A stretch of DNA of 64,000 nt from an uncultured Haloferula sp. (lineage in GTDB: Bacteria > Verrucomicrobiota > Verrucomicrobiia > Verrucomicrobiales > Akkermansiaceae): the NCBI GenBank assembly GCA_965652295.1, contig CBFGTS010000006.1:208043-272042 (forward strand), in the 5' to 3' direction. The notes below the pieces were generated by a model, which saw nothing but the letters and a program-made list of their open reading frames with translations, ran no database searches and was not told the origin of the DNA. Positions 44,133 through 53,289 of this stretch are shown piece after piece. Each line of letters opens with the position of its first letter. Positions within the stretch are counted from its first letter, which is position 1. Position numbers and translations under genes: made by a program.

Positions 44133-46124
44133 GTGAAACACCGGCTCCTCCTCATCCTCGCCCTCGGCCCGTTCCTGCGGGCCGGGGCACAGGAACGTGA
44201 AGAAGACGGACGACTCGATCCATTGGTGGTCGAGGCGGACGAGCAGAACGAGGACACCGTTCTTCCGCTCCATTTCGCCGGCAACGCCACCGTGATCGGC
44301 CCGGAAGCCATCGCCCGATCCGGCGCGCGCTCCGTCGCCGATCTCCTCGTTTCCAAAGGCGGCCTCCGCCTCACCAGCGCCACCGGGAATGCCGCCGACT
44401 CGTCCGTTCACCTCCGCGGCTTCGGCGAGAACTCCGCTTCCCGCGCGCTGGTCCTCATCGACGGCCGCCCGATCAACCGCGCGGACATGGCCTCCGTCTC
44501 CTGGCTCGAAGTCCCGCTCGCCCGCATCGAGCGCGTCGAGATTCTCCGCGGCAGCCACAGCGCCCGCTTCGGCGACAACGCCGTGGGAGGCGTGATCAAC
44601 CTCATCACCAAGTCGGGACCTACGACATCCACCGTAGTAGAAGCCGCCGGCGGCAGCGACGGCACCCTGATCGCCCGCGCCTCCCATCAGGACACGCTCG
44701 ACGGCCACGGCATCGGCTTTGATTTCGAAAAAAACCTCACCGACGGCTGGCGCGAAAACGCCTTCAGCGATCTCGAAAGTGCCTCCGTCCGCTGGGACAA
44801 GTCGCTCGCCCGAGGTATTGAAGCCGATCTCTCCCTCTCCTGGGCCGACGAGCGCAACGGCTTTCCCGGCCCGCTCGGCAAGGACCGCTACCTCGCCGAT
44901 CCGCGGCAATCGATCTACGCCCGTTTCGGCCAGGCCGATCAGTATTTCAGCGAGGAAACCCGCTGGCGCGCCGGGGGCTCGATCCTGCTCGGCGACCGCT
45001 CCGACCTCGCCTTCGAGCTACCCGTTTCCCTCTACCAGCGCGACCTCGCCTGGAACTTCGGGCCCGGTTTCCACAGCGACAACCTCCTCGAAACCCTCGC
45101 CCTTTCGCCCCGCCTCACGCTGCGCCGCGACACCTGGTCGGCCGAGGCCGGCATCCAGCTCCGGCGCGACTCGCTCGAGCTCTCCCAATTCGCCGAAATC
45201 CAGCGCATCAATCGCACCACCGATGCCTCTCTCGCCCGCGACATCTTCGGCGTCTTTGCCAGCGGCGAGTGGGAGCCGTTGGAAAACTGGCACCTCAACG
45301 CCGCCGCCCGCTGGGAGCGATCATCCATCGAGGCCCACTCCAGTAGTTACATCTTCCCCGCCGACCCCGCCCTCAACTTCGCCCGCACCAACGCTGAATC
45401 CAACACCGCCTTCCAGGCCGGAATCCGCTGGGAACCCACCGCCACCCTCTCCTCTTGGTTCCGCTACGACCACCTCTACCGGCTCCCCTCGACCGACGAG
45501 ATCGCCTCCTATCAGGGCTTTCCGCTCGCCATCCCCTTCAACGACCGGCTCCACGCCGAAACCGGCCACAACCTCGAACTCGGCGGCGAGTGGACACCGG
45601 GTCCGTGGACCCTCGGACTCAACGCCTTCGCCCAATGGCTGGAGGGCGAGATCGCCTACGACTACACCCAGAACCTCAACACCAACCTCGCCGACACCCG
45701 TCGCCTCGGCCTCGAAACCACCGTCGGTTATGAGACCGAAAGGTGGAGCGCCGACCTCCACTACACTGCGCTGAAGGCAGAGTTCGAAAGCGGCCCTTAC
45801 ACCGGTCGTGAAGTCTATCTCGTCCCCAACCACGAACTCACCGCCACCCTCGCCTGCCGGCCCACCGAATGCATCACCCTCCAAGCCGAGTACCAGTGGA
45901 TCGGCAGCTCGTTCGAGGGAAACGACTTGCTCAACACCGCCGAAAAGCTCCCCGCCTACGACGTCGTCAATCTTCTCGTCCGCTACGAACCGAAGCCCGG
46001 GCTCTCCCTTTACTGCCGCATCAACAACCTCCTCGACGAACGCTACGCCACCGTGAAATACGGCGGCCTCTGGTATCCCGCCGCCAGCCGCCAGTTCCTC
46101 CTCGGCGTCCGCCAGGAGCTCTAA
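44133..46124 (+). CDS. btuB: TonB-dependent receptor, BtuB-like
   Basis: DPLVVEA TonB box; plug VHLRGFG..LVLIDGRP..IERVEILRG..GGVINLIT; located in a riboswitch operon. Confidence 0.75.
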   Translation: MKHRLLLILALGPFLRAGAQEREEDGRLDPLVVEADEQNEDTVLPLHFAGNATVIGPEAIARSGARSVADLLVSKGGLRLTSATGNAADSSVHLRGFGENSASRALVLIDGRPINRADMASVSWLEVPLARIERVEILRGSHSARFGDNAVGGVINLITKSGPTTSTVVEAAGGSDGTLIARASHQDTLDGHGIGFDFEKNLTDGWRENAFSDLESASVRWDKSLARGIEADLSLSWADERNGFPGPLGKDRYLADPRQSIYARFGQADQYFSEETRWRAGGSILLGDRSDLAFELPVSLYQRDLAWNFGPGFHSDNLLETLALSPRLTLRRDTWSAEAGIQLRRDSLELSQFAEIQRINRTTDASLARDIFGVFASGEWEPLENWHLNAAARWERSSIEAHSSSYIFPADPALNFARTNAESNTAFQAGIRWEPTATLSSWFRYDHLYRLPSTDEIASYQGFPLAIPFNDRLHAETGHNLELGGEWTPGPWTLGLNAFAQWLEGEIAYDYTQNLNTNLADTRRLGLETTVGYETERWSADLHYTALKAEFESGPYTGREVYLVPNHELTATLACRPTECITLQAEYQWIGSSFEGNDLLNTAEKLPAYDVVNLLVRYEPKPGLSLYCRINNLLDERYATVKYGGLWYPAASRQFLLGVRQEL

Positions 46125-46153
46125 CCGTGGCGGCGGATTTCATCCGCCATGCC
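46125..46153 (+). repeat. REP-like palindrome family A (GTGGCGGCGGATT(T/G)CATCCGCCA)
   Basis: Other copies at 52373-52395 (minus) and 62955-62983. Confidence 0.75.
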
Positions 46154-46165
46154 ATCCATCTCCTC

Positions 46166-47071
46166 ATGAAGCCACTTCCCTCCCTCTTCCTCCTCCCCAC
46201 CCTCGCCCTCGCCGGCCCCTATCCCGGAGCCGCAGGCACCGCCGCCAGCGACGCGATCCCCAAAGCCGACCCCCGTATCCTCGCCTGGGCCGCCGGCCAC
46301 AGCGAAATCGTCTATGGCACCGACGTCGACGCCACCTGGCGCACCCCCGCCAAAGCCACCGGCCCTGCCGTCGGCGACTCCTTCGACATCGTTTCCCTCG
46401 GAAACGGCGGCCGCATCACGATGTATTTCCCCCACCCCGTCAGCGACGGCTCCGGCCCCGACTTCGCGGTTTTTGAAAACGGCATCAGCCACACCTTCCT
46501 CGAACTCGCCTTCGTCGAGGTCTCCAGCGACGGCGTCAACTTCCACCGCTTTCCCAACGACTCACTTACTGCATCCGCTGTAGGTGCATTCGGTTCCGTG
46601 GATCCCACCAACCTCTCCGGCCTCGCCGGGAAATACATACAGGGCTTCGGCACGCCCTTCGATCTCGCGGCCGTTCCCGACTCGCCCACGCTCGACAAAC
46701 AACGCGTCGTCTTCATCCGCCTCATCGACATCATCGGCAACGGTCAGACCAAGGACAGCGGCGGAGACCCCATCTACGACCCGACGCCGACCATCGGCAG
46801 CGGTGGCTTCGACCTCGACGCCATCGCCGTCCTTCACCTCAACGACGGCCCGTTCCCCATCGTCACCCACGGCTTCGAAGACGAAGAGTTCGTCCTCGAA
46901 TGGCGCAGCAACCCCGCCAGCAGCTACCGCATCGAAACCGGCATCACCCTCGACGATTGGCAGCCCGCCGACACCCCGGCCACCTCCACCACCACCGCCC
47001 TCACCCGCTGGACCACCTCTGCCCCAGGCGACTCGAAGCGCTTCTGGCGCGTCGTGCGGATCGATCCCTAA
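46166..47071 (+). CDS. Secreted cell-surface protein in the B12 locus, with C-terminal putative sorting domain
   Basis: Signal peptide; VSLGNGG, GPDFAVFENG, ELAFVEVSSDG, GGFDLDAI; tail YRIETGITLDDW...RFWRV. Confidence 0.8.
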   Translation: MKPLPSLFLLPTLALAGPYPGAAGTAASDAIPKADPRILAWAAGHSEIVYGTDVDATWRTPAKATGPAVGDSFDIVSLGNGGRITMYFPHPVSDGSGPDFAVFENGISHTFLELAFVEVSSDGVNFHRFPNDSLTASAVGAFGSVDPTNLSGLAGKYIQGFGTPFDLAAVPDSPTLDKQRVVFIRLIDIIGNGQTKDSGGDPIYDPTPTIGSGGFDLDAIAVLHLNDGPFPIVTHGFEDEEFVLEWRSNPASSYRIETGITLDDWQPADTPATSTTTALTRWTTSAPGDSKRFWRVVRIDP

Positions 47072-48846
47072 GGCGACCTTCTCAAGCCCATCACCCACTC
47101 GGCCAGCGCCTCCGTTTCCCCGTCCGAGAACAACTCGTGCCCCGGCATGTCGGTACCTGGCAGGCCCCAACGGATCGCCCGCGCCACCGTGATCCGATCC
47201 GCCGTCCAAACAAAAGGCCCCTCCACCAGGTTCGTCGGGCGCTTCGCGAAGCGCGCCGCCAGCTCGCCATCGCCGCTGCCGCCCTCGCCATGGCACACCG
47301 CACAGTGTTTCGAAAAAAGCACTCGCCCGTCTCCACGCGGCTCGCCCTCAGGCACCCAGCTTGCCGCCCGCTCCGCGCGCCACAGCCTGGCCGCATCCTG
47401 GCCGCTCCTCAGCCAATCGATCAGGTCCTCGCCACGCCTGTCCTCGAACAAGTGCGCGTAGGAAGGCATCGCGCTGCTCTTCACGAATTTCCGTGGAGCC
47501 ACGAAATGTTCCCGCAACCACGCGGCCGACCGGCGCGCTCCGACGTGCGCAAGATCCGGCCCCTGCCGCCGGTTGCCGATCACGACCGGCCTCTCATTTA
47601 ACACCTCCTCCGTCACCGATGGCGGTCCCCAGCCGTCCGGATCACCCTCCCTCACGTAACGCGAGTGGCACCCGATGCATCCCTCCGCCAGGTACACCGC
47701 CCGGCCCCGGTCCACCGCCGAACCCGATTTATCATCGCCCGGAGTCACGGCAAGCCACCCCACCGCCAGTGCCACGCCGCCCACCGCCGCCAGCATCCGC
47801 CACTTCCGGAAACCAAAAACCGCCAACGCCACCACAAAGCCGGAAGCTACGACGAACATCGTAGGGACCCGGTGAAGGCTCTGCGCCATACCGATGCCAT
47901 TAGCCGAGCCGAACCAACCCGCCACCGCGAATACCCACGCCGCCCGCGTGGCGGCGGAATTCAGCCGCCAAGCCTCCCCCATCCCGAATCCCGGCCATGC
48001 CACCAGCGCCGTCGAGTAAAGCGAAACCCCCACCGGATACAGCCAACCCGCCGCCGTCCTCGATTCCGCCTCGTTCACCGCCAGCGCGGCTGCCGCAAGG
48101 ATCGCCCACGCGGCGAACAACAGACCCTTCCCTCCAGCCTTCGCCAGCCACCAACCCGCCACCAGCGCCGCCCCCAGGTGCAGCCCTGCGTTCCTCCACA
48201 GCATCGCCGGGCCCCACGTCCCCTCCTTCAGCTCCCGCTCATGCTGAATGATGAAAAATGCCGCCGAGTCCAGCCACACCAGCGCCAGAAACGCCAGAAC
48301 CGTGGCTGCCCCGGCCCGGGGCAGGCCGTGGCGACGGCGGCCCGCCGTCACATCCACACCCGGCACCAACCCCGCCCCCACCAACGCGAACCCCACGCTC
48401 ACCCACGCCTGTTGATCCGGCGTCGCCGAAAACACCCACGGCACATTGCACACCGCATAACCCAACCCCGTTCCCAGCCCTGTCCAAGCCACCGTGCACC
48501 ATCCCGGCAACAAGGCCGCCAGAGACACCGTGGCAGCTCCAACACCCATTCCCGTGATCACGGCAACCAGCGCCAGCCCGGCACAACCGTGCGCCCACGG
48601 TGCCAGCGCACCCGCCAACGCGCACAGACCCAGCGAAGCCCGCAGAGCCGACGTCGTTGCACCGCGCCTCGCAACCGCAAAGCCCGCCGCCACTCCCGCG
48701 ACGGCCATCATTCCCAACATGACTTTTTCTCCCCACGCACCCACGCCCACCCCGCGCAGCAACTCGACGAAGGCGAACTGCGCGAAGATCAGGAAATAGC
48801 CATACACCGCCGCCACCGCGCCGACCGCCCGCAACTTCGTTCTCAT
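47068..48846 (-). CDS. Polytopic membrane domain fused to a CcoO (cbb3 subunit II)-like haem c domain and a second cytochrome c
   Basis: About 12 hydrophobic segments, then EGCIGCHS...GNRRQGPDLAHVG...MPSY, then CAVCHG...MPG. Confidence 0.8.
   Translation of the reverse strand: MRTKLRAVGAVAAVYGYFLIFAQFAFVELLRGVGVGAWGEKVMLGMMAVAGVAAGFAVARRGATTSALRASLGLCALAGALAPWAHGCAGLALVAVITGMGVGAATVSLAALLPGWCTVAWTGLGTGLGYAVCNVPWVFSATPDQQAWVSVGFALVGAGLVPGVDVTAGRRRHGLPRAGAATVLAFLALVWLDSAAFFIIQHERELKEGTWGPAMLWRNAGLHLGAALVAGWWLAKAGGKGLLFAAWAILAAAALAVNEAESRTAAGWLYPVGVSLYSTALVAWPGFGMGEAWRLNSAATRAAWVFAVAGWFGSANGIGMAQSLHRVPTMFVVASGFVVALAVFGFRKWRMLAAVGGVALAVGWLAVTPGDDKSGSAVDRGRAVYLAEGCIGCHSRYVREGDPDGWGPPSVTEEVLNERPVVIGNRRQGPDLAHVGARRSAAWLREHFVAPRKFVKSSAMPSYAHLFEDRRGEDLIDWLRSGQDAARLWRAERAASWVPEGEPRGDGRVLFSKHCAVCHGEGGSGDGELAARFAKRPTNLVEGPFVWTADRITVARAIRWGLPGTDMPGHELFSDGETEALAEWVMGLRRSP
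48301..48347. repeat. Palindromic element family B, in-frame inside a CDS
   Basis: GCTGCCCCGGCCCGGGGCAGGCCGTGG..CGGCGGCCCGCCG; other copies at 49245-49291 and 50434-50476. Confidence 0.8.
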
Positions 48847-49223
48847 CGGCACCAGCCTTTCCGGAGTCCATAAACCTGAACTGCGGCGATGAAGGCGTCG
48901 GTCGCCGCCACGCCCATCCACGCGGCTTCAAGTTCCCCCACCCATATGTTAACTCCTACAAATACCGCCACCAGCGATCTGACCATGGCGGTGTAGGCCC
49001 AAACCACCGTCGCCTCGCGGCTACCGCGGAACGCCCATAGATAGCTGAAGCCCACGCTCCCGACGAAGATTCCGATCCAACGGACGAAGACGAAGGAAAG
49101 CGGGGAAACCGCCTCGATCCGCAGACTCGTCAGCACGAGCTCGGGACTCACCAGCAACGCGATTCCCGTCAACGCATCGATCGCCCCGACGCCAGCGCTC
49201 CACTTCACACAAAAACTTCTCAT
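48843..49223 (-). CDS. Small 4-TM membrane protein
   Basis: 126 aa, hydrophobic; ATGA overlaps on both sides. Confidence 0.75.
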   Translation of the reverse strand: MRSFCVKWSAGVGAIDALTGIALLVSPELVLTSLRIEAVSPLSFVFVRWIGIFVGSVGFSYLWAFRGSREATVVWAYTAMVRSLVAVFVGVNIWVGELEAAWMGVAATDAFIAAVQVYGLRKGWCR

Positions 49224-50497
49224 GCCAGCACCTCCTTCGCCAAACGTGGCTGCCCCGGCTCGGGGCAGGCCGTGGTTGCGGCGGTCCGCCGCAGATCGAA
49301 GAACCATCGGACCGAAACCCCCGACATCACGGCCCCGCACGTTGCCCTCACCCCCAGCCCCGTCTCCCTCCAAAGGGGCTGCTCCACCATCCACCCATAT
49401 CCCTCACCCTCCAGCCAACCCATCACCGCCAACACCCCCACCATCGACAGCGCGGCCGCATTCCAAACCACGATCGATCTCGTACTTCCCACCTTCACCC
49501 CCAGCAGCGTCAGCAGCAGCGCGCAGAACGAGGTCGTGAAGCCAGCCATCGCCAGGTGCGAATGCGCCACCAGCCCTTGCGTGAATTTCAACCGGTCCAG
49601 CACCCAGGGGAAATACGCGGTCACTCCGCTCAGCACCAGCAGCACCCACCACCCGAACATCGACCGCCGCCACACCGCCGAAGCCTCCGGCCAATCGTAG
49701 CCGCGCCACCATTTCGGCAGCAGCACCACCCACGGCACCAGCATCAGCATCGCCCCCATCTGCCACGCATCGTGGTGCGTCCCGCCGAGCCATTCGGTCA
49801 CGCCGAAAACCACCCCTGAGCTCGCGAAGAAAGCCATCACCGCACGCCGCGATCCCCCCGCGTTGCGCTTCAACCTCACACTCGCTGGCAGGAACAGCAT
49901 CAGCGCCACCACGAACAGGGTCGACCCCAGCAGGCTCGATCCCGTGGGCCCGCCCGTCGACACATCCACCGGTGGATACACCCCGGGCGACGACGCATAG
50001 GTCATTCCGAAAGGCACCACCGCTAGCAAACCCAGTCCGCACCAGCGCAGCGCCGACTTCCGACCACTCAGCAACGCCAGCCACAGCACCCCCATCGCCA
50101 CCAGCAATCCGGCCAGCGCCCCGCCCTTCCAGTCCAGGAAGATCTTGCCCGAACTCCCTCCCTGAAGCCAACCGACGCATCCCAGCGCCAGCGCCGTCGT
50201 CCACGCCCACAGCGACGCCTCCACCCATCGACGGCGCACCTCGTAGATCCGGAAAAGCCACGCCACCAACGGCAGCGCCGTCCAACCATAGAGCTGGCCA
50301 TTCAGATGGACCGGGATCCAGCGTCCATACGTCCACTCCCCCACCTGCCAACCGGGAAAAAGCAACAGCAGCGAGAGCCACAGCCCCACCGCGTTCGCCA
50401 CCACCAGCCACCCCAGCGCATGCCCCGCCGCCAGCTGCCCCGGCCCGGGGCAGGCCGTGGTCGCGGCGGCCCGCCGCGTGTGGATTCCCTCCTTCAC
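49220..50497 (-). CDS. Highly divergent haem-copper oxidase subunit I (CcoN/NOR)-like membrane protein
   Basis: TYGRWIPVHLNGQLYGW corresponds to CcoN YGRLRPLHTN; KFTQGLVAHSHLAMAGF corresponds to the HxH haem ligands. About 12 TM helices; GTGA overlap. Confidence 0.65.
   Translation of the reverse strand: MKEGIHTRRAAATTACPGPGQLAAGHALGWLVVANAVGLWLSLLLLFPGWQVGEWTYGRWIPVHLNGQLYGWTALPLVAWLFRIYEVRRRWVEASLWAWTTALALGCVGWLQGGSSGKIFLDWKGGALAGLLVAMGVLWLALLSGRKSALRWCGLGLLAVVPFGMTYASSPGVYPPVDVSTGGPTGSSLLGSTLFVVALMLFLPASVRLKRNAGGSRRAVMAFFASSGVVFGVTEWLGGTHHDAWQMGAMLMLVPWVVLLPKWWRGYDWPEASAVWRRSMFGWWVLLVLSGVTAYFPWVLDRLKFTQGLVAHSHLAMAGFTTSFCALLLTLLGVKVGSTRSIVVWNAAALSMVGVLAVMGWLEGEGYGWMVEQPLWRETGLGVRATCGAVMSGVSVRWFFDLRRTAATTACPEPGQPRLAKEVLA
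49245..49291. repeat. Palindromic element family B, copy 2 (C-terminus of the CcoN-like gene)
   Basis: Near-identical to 48301-48347. Confidence 0.8.
50434..50476. repeat. Palindromic element family B, copy 3 (N-terminus of the CcoN-like gene)
   Basis: Near-identical to 48305-48347. Confidence 0.8.
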
Positions 50498-51159
50498 GCC
50501 TCCACCCTCCCGTCCCGCATTCCCACGACCCGTTGGCAACGCTCCGCCAGCCCGATGTCGTGCGTCGCCATCACCAGCGTCAGTCCCTTCTCCGCGACCA
50601 ACCCCATCAGCAACCCGAACACCGCCTCCCGGTTCCGCTCGTCCAGCGCCCCGGTCGGCTCGTCCGCCAGCAGCACCCGCGGCCGGTTCATCAGCGCGCG
50701 GCACAGCGCGCCCCGTTGGCGCTCGCCACCTGAAAGCTCCCGCACCCTCCGGCCCAGCCGGTCCGCAAGCCCCGTCTCGTCCGCCAACTCCCGCACCCGC
50801 TCCCGCGCCTTCCTGCGCGCCATCCCCACCGCCACCGCCGGCACCAGCAGGTTTTCCTCCAGCGTCAGCCCGGGCATCAGATGGTGGAGCTGAAATACGA
50901 AACCCACCGTATGTCGAAGCAACCCGCGGCGGGAACCCTCGTCGACCACGCCGCGCCCGGCCACCGTCACCCGCCCCTTCTGCGGGATCTCAAGGCCGGC
51001 GATCACATTGAGCAGCGTCGATTTCCCACAGCCCGAGCTACCCACCAGCGCGACCGTCGAGCCTTCCTCCACCGTCAGGTCCACGCCCTTCAGCACCTCG
51101 ATACGGCCTTCGTCGTAGCTCCGCCAGACGTCATTCACTTCCACGATCGCTTTCATCAT
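50494..51159 (-). CDS. ABC transporter ATP-binding protein, LolD/MacB type
   Basis: GSSGCGKSTLL, GFVFQLHHL, LSGGERQR, LLADEPTGALD, ATHD. Confidence 0.95.
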   Translation of the reverse strand: MMKAIVEVNDVWRSYDEGRIEVLKGVDLTVEEGSTVALVGSSGCGKSTLLNVIAGLEIPQKGRVTVAGRGVVDEGSRRGLLRHTVGFVFQLHHLMPGLTLEENLLVPAVAVGMARRKARERVRELADETGLADRLGRRVRELSGGERQRGALCRALMNRPRVLLADEPTGALDERNREAVFGLLMGLVAEKGLTLVMATHDIGLAERCQRVVGMRDGRVEA

Positions 51160-52268
51160 TCGAATCTCAAGGCCTCCGCGGGTTTCAACCTCGCCGCATG
51201 CACCGCCGGATACAGCGCCCCGCCGATCCCCGTCAGCAACGCCAGCCCGACCGCTCCCAGCACCTCCACCATTCCCACCTGCGGCTCGATGTATCCCTGC
51301 AGGGCCGGCAACGCTTTCAGCAATCGCAGTCCCCCGACCGAAAGCAACCAGCCCGCCAGCACTCCGATCACCGACAGCGCCAGCGATTCACCCAGAATCA
51401 TCCGCGCCACCTGCCCGCGCGAAAATCCGCACACCCGCAGTACCGCCAGTTCGCGGATGCGGCTGAAAACCGAGAGGATCATCGTGTTCGTCACGCTCAA
51501 CCCGCCAAGAAGAAAAGCGCATCCACCCACCACCCACGCGGTCGTCTTCATGATCTTGAACTGCGAGTAGCTCTTGCTGAATTCCTCGTTTTCCAAAGCT
51601 GTCAGCCGCCCGTGGTTCGCCTCGATCCACGATTTCACCTCGCCCGCTTCGTGACCGTCGGCAAGCGCCACGGTGACCACCGATGACACCCCTTGCTTGT
51701 GGAACGCCCGCTGGCACTCCTTCAACGGCATGAACACTCCGCCATTCTCAAAACCGTTCTCCATCCGCACGACCCCCGCCACCGGGTAGCTTTCCTGGCC
51801 GAGCTGGACCTCCTCTCCGGCCACCGCAGTGAGGAAATCCGCCGCCCTTTCACCGAGCACCACAGAGCGTCCGTCATCGGAGAATCCCGACACGTCCCCG
51901 CCCAACCACTGCGCTTTCGAAAGCCGTCCGTCACTGGCGCGGACGCCGAAGCACGTGACCACGGGACGATCCGGCGCGGTGATGATGGTGAACAAAACCG
52001 GCTGCGCCTCCTTCACGAAAGACTGTCGCTCCAGCTCGTCCACCAGCGTTTCCGGCACGTTGCTGAAGAACAGGTCCGAGACGTTCTTCTCGAACACCAC
52101 CATCTCCGCATCGCTGCGAAGGATCTTCTCGAACATCTTCACCGCGCCGCCGAGCAGCCCCACCACGCTCAGCATCGTCGCCACACCCAGCGCAATACCT
52201 GTGGCCCCGATCGCCGTGCGCACGCGGTGCCGCCGGAGGTTGGTTAAAATCAATTTCCAGAGACTCAT
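51156..52268 (-). CDS. ABC transporter permease, MacB/FtsX/LolC type
   Basis: NLRRHRVRT..GIALGV, NTMILSVFSRIRELAVLRVCG, YPAVHAARLKPAEALRFE. Confidence 0.93.
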   Translation of the reverse strand: MSLWKLILTNLRRHRVRTAIGATGIALGVATMLSVVGLLGGAVKMFEKILRSDAEMVVFEKNVSDLFFSNVPETLVDELERQSFVKEAQPVLFTIITAPDRPVVTCFGVRASDGRLSKAQWLGGDVSGFSDDGRSVVLGERAADFLTAVAGEEVQLGQESYPVAGVVRMENGFENGGVFMPLKECQRAFHKQGVSSVVTVALADGHEAGEVKSWIEANHGRLTALENEEFSKSYSQFKIMKTTAWVVGGCAFLLGGLSVTNTMILSVFSRIRELAVLRVCGFSRGQVARMILGESLALSVIGVLAGWLLSVGGLRLLKALPALQGYIEPQVGMVEVLGAVGLALLTGIGGALYPAVHAARLKPAEALRFE

Positions 52269-52291
52269 ATCTTGAAGATCCTTTTCACTAA

Positions 52292-52350
52292 CAGTGGCAT
52301 GACCGGGACCACCGACTTGTCGGGGCACGCGGTCATGCCACTGGCAGGTG
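52292..52350. repeat. REP-like palindrome family C (CAGTGGCATGACCG...CGGTCATGCCACTG)
   Basis: Inverted near-identical copy at 60884-60936. Confidence 0.8.
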
Positions 52351-52356
52351 ACACGT

Positions 52357-53283
52357 TCATCTCGATCCGGCTTGGCGGATGCAATCCGCCGCCACATTTT
52401 CCGGCACCCCTACCCGCAGCGCGGACAGCATGCCCCACCGCTCGGGAGGTCCGGGAAGCTTCGACTGCACCCGATCCCCGATTTCCACCAGACGCTCCAG
52501 GCGGCAAAGCGCCGCGGAAAACCCCTCGGCCGCCACCAGGTTCGGACGACCCAGTTCCTCGTCGCGTCCGGCCGATTTCCCGGCTCCGCCGATCACGTCC
52601 TTGACGTCGTCCGCCGCTTGGTACGCCAGCCCCCGTAGCAAGGCCAGCCGGTCCAGCAGCCGGAGTTCCCTGCCGGTGCCGCGTCCGACCATCGCCGGCA
52701 GGACGATCGTCAACCGCAGCAGATCGCCGGTCTTTCGCGCGGCCACCTCGCTGACGTCCGCCACGCTCTGGCCCCCGTGCCAACCGGCAATGTCGTGCGC
52801 TTGTCCACCGATCATCCCGTGGGGGCCAAGACAGCGGTCCACCAGCTCGCCGCCCAGCTCGCGGCGCCCACGGCTGGCCCCGTTCATCCCCTGCCAGAGC
52901 AACACGTAGCCGCGGTTGACCATCGCCAGCGCTGCAAGCATCGCCACACCCTCGCCATGCAGCAGATGCAGGGCAGGCATCCCCCGGCGCTCGCGGGCGT
53001 CATCCATCGCAGGGAAGTCATCGAAAACCAGCGAGGCCGTGTGCAGGTACTCGATCCCACAGGCCATGGCCCGCGCCGCGCCCTCGGCCACACCCATCTC
53101 GATCCCGACCAGGTAGGCCGTCACCGCCCGGGTCAGCGATCCCGGCCGCGCCAACAGGTCGCCAACGGCCGCCGCCAAGCGCGGCTCGATCCCATGGGGC
53201 CGGCCCATTCCCTGGCGATAGCTTTCCGCCATCAGCGCCTTGGCACACCCGGCCCTCTTCGCCCACCACTGTTCGGGATTCAT
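52357..53283 (-). CDS. Polyprenyl diphosphate synthase family protein (IspA/CrtE-like)
   Basis: EYLHTASLVFDDFPAMDDARERRG (FARM), GMIGGQ, KTG, YQAADDVKD (SARM). Confidence 0.9.
   Translation of the reverse strand: MNPEQWWAKRAGCAKALMAESYRQGMGRPHGIEPRLAAAVGDLLARPGSLTRAVTAYLVGIEMGVAEGAARAMACGIEYLHTASLVFDDFPAMDDARERRGMPALHLLHGEGVAMLAALAMVNRGYVLLWQGMNGASRGRRELGGELVDRCLGPHGMIGGQAHDIAGWHGGQSVADVSEVAARKTGDLLRLTIVLPAMVGRGTGRELRLLDRLALLRGLAYQAADDVKDVIGGAGKSAGRDEELGRPNLVAAEGFSAALCRLERLVEIGDRVQSKLPGPPERWGMLSALRVGVPENVAADCIRQAGSR
52373..52395 (-). repeat. REP-like palindrome family A copy inside the 3' end of the polyprenyl synthase gene
   Basis: The reverse complement is GTGGCGGCGGATTGCATCCGCCA. Confidence 0.7.
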
Positions 53284-53289
53284 GCGTCG

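Noticed and set aside
47068..50497. Canonical cbb3 oxidase ccoNOQP
   Set aside because: The CuB motif is not recognisable, CcoO is fused to an extra membrane domain, and ccoP and the assembly genes are absent.
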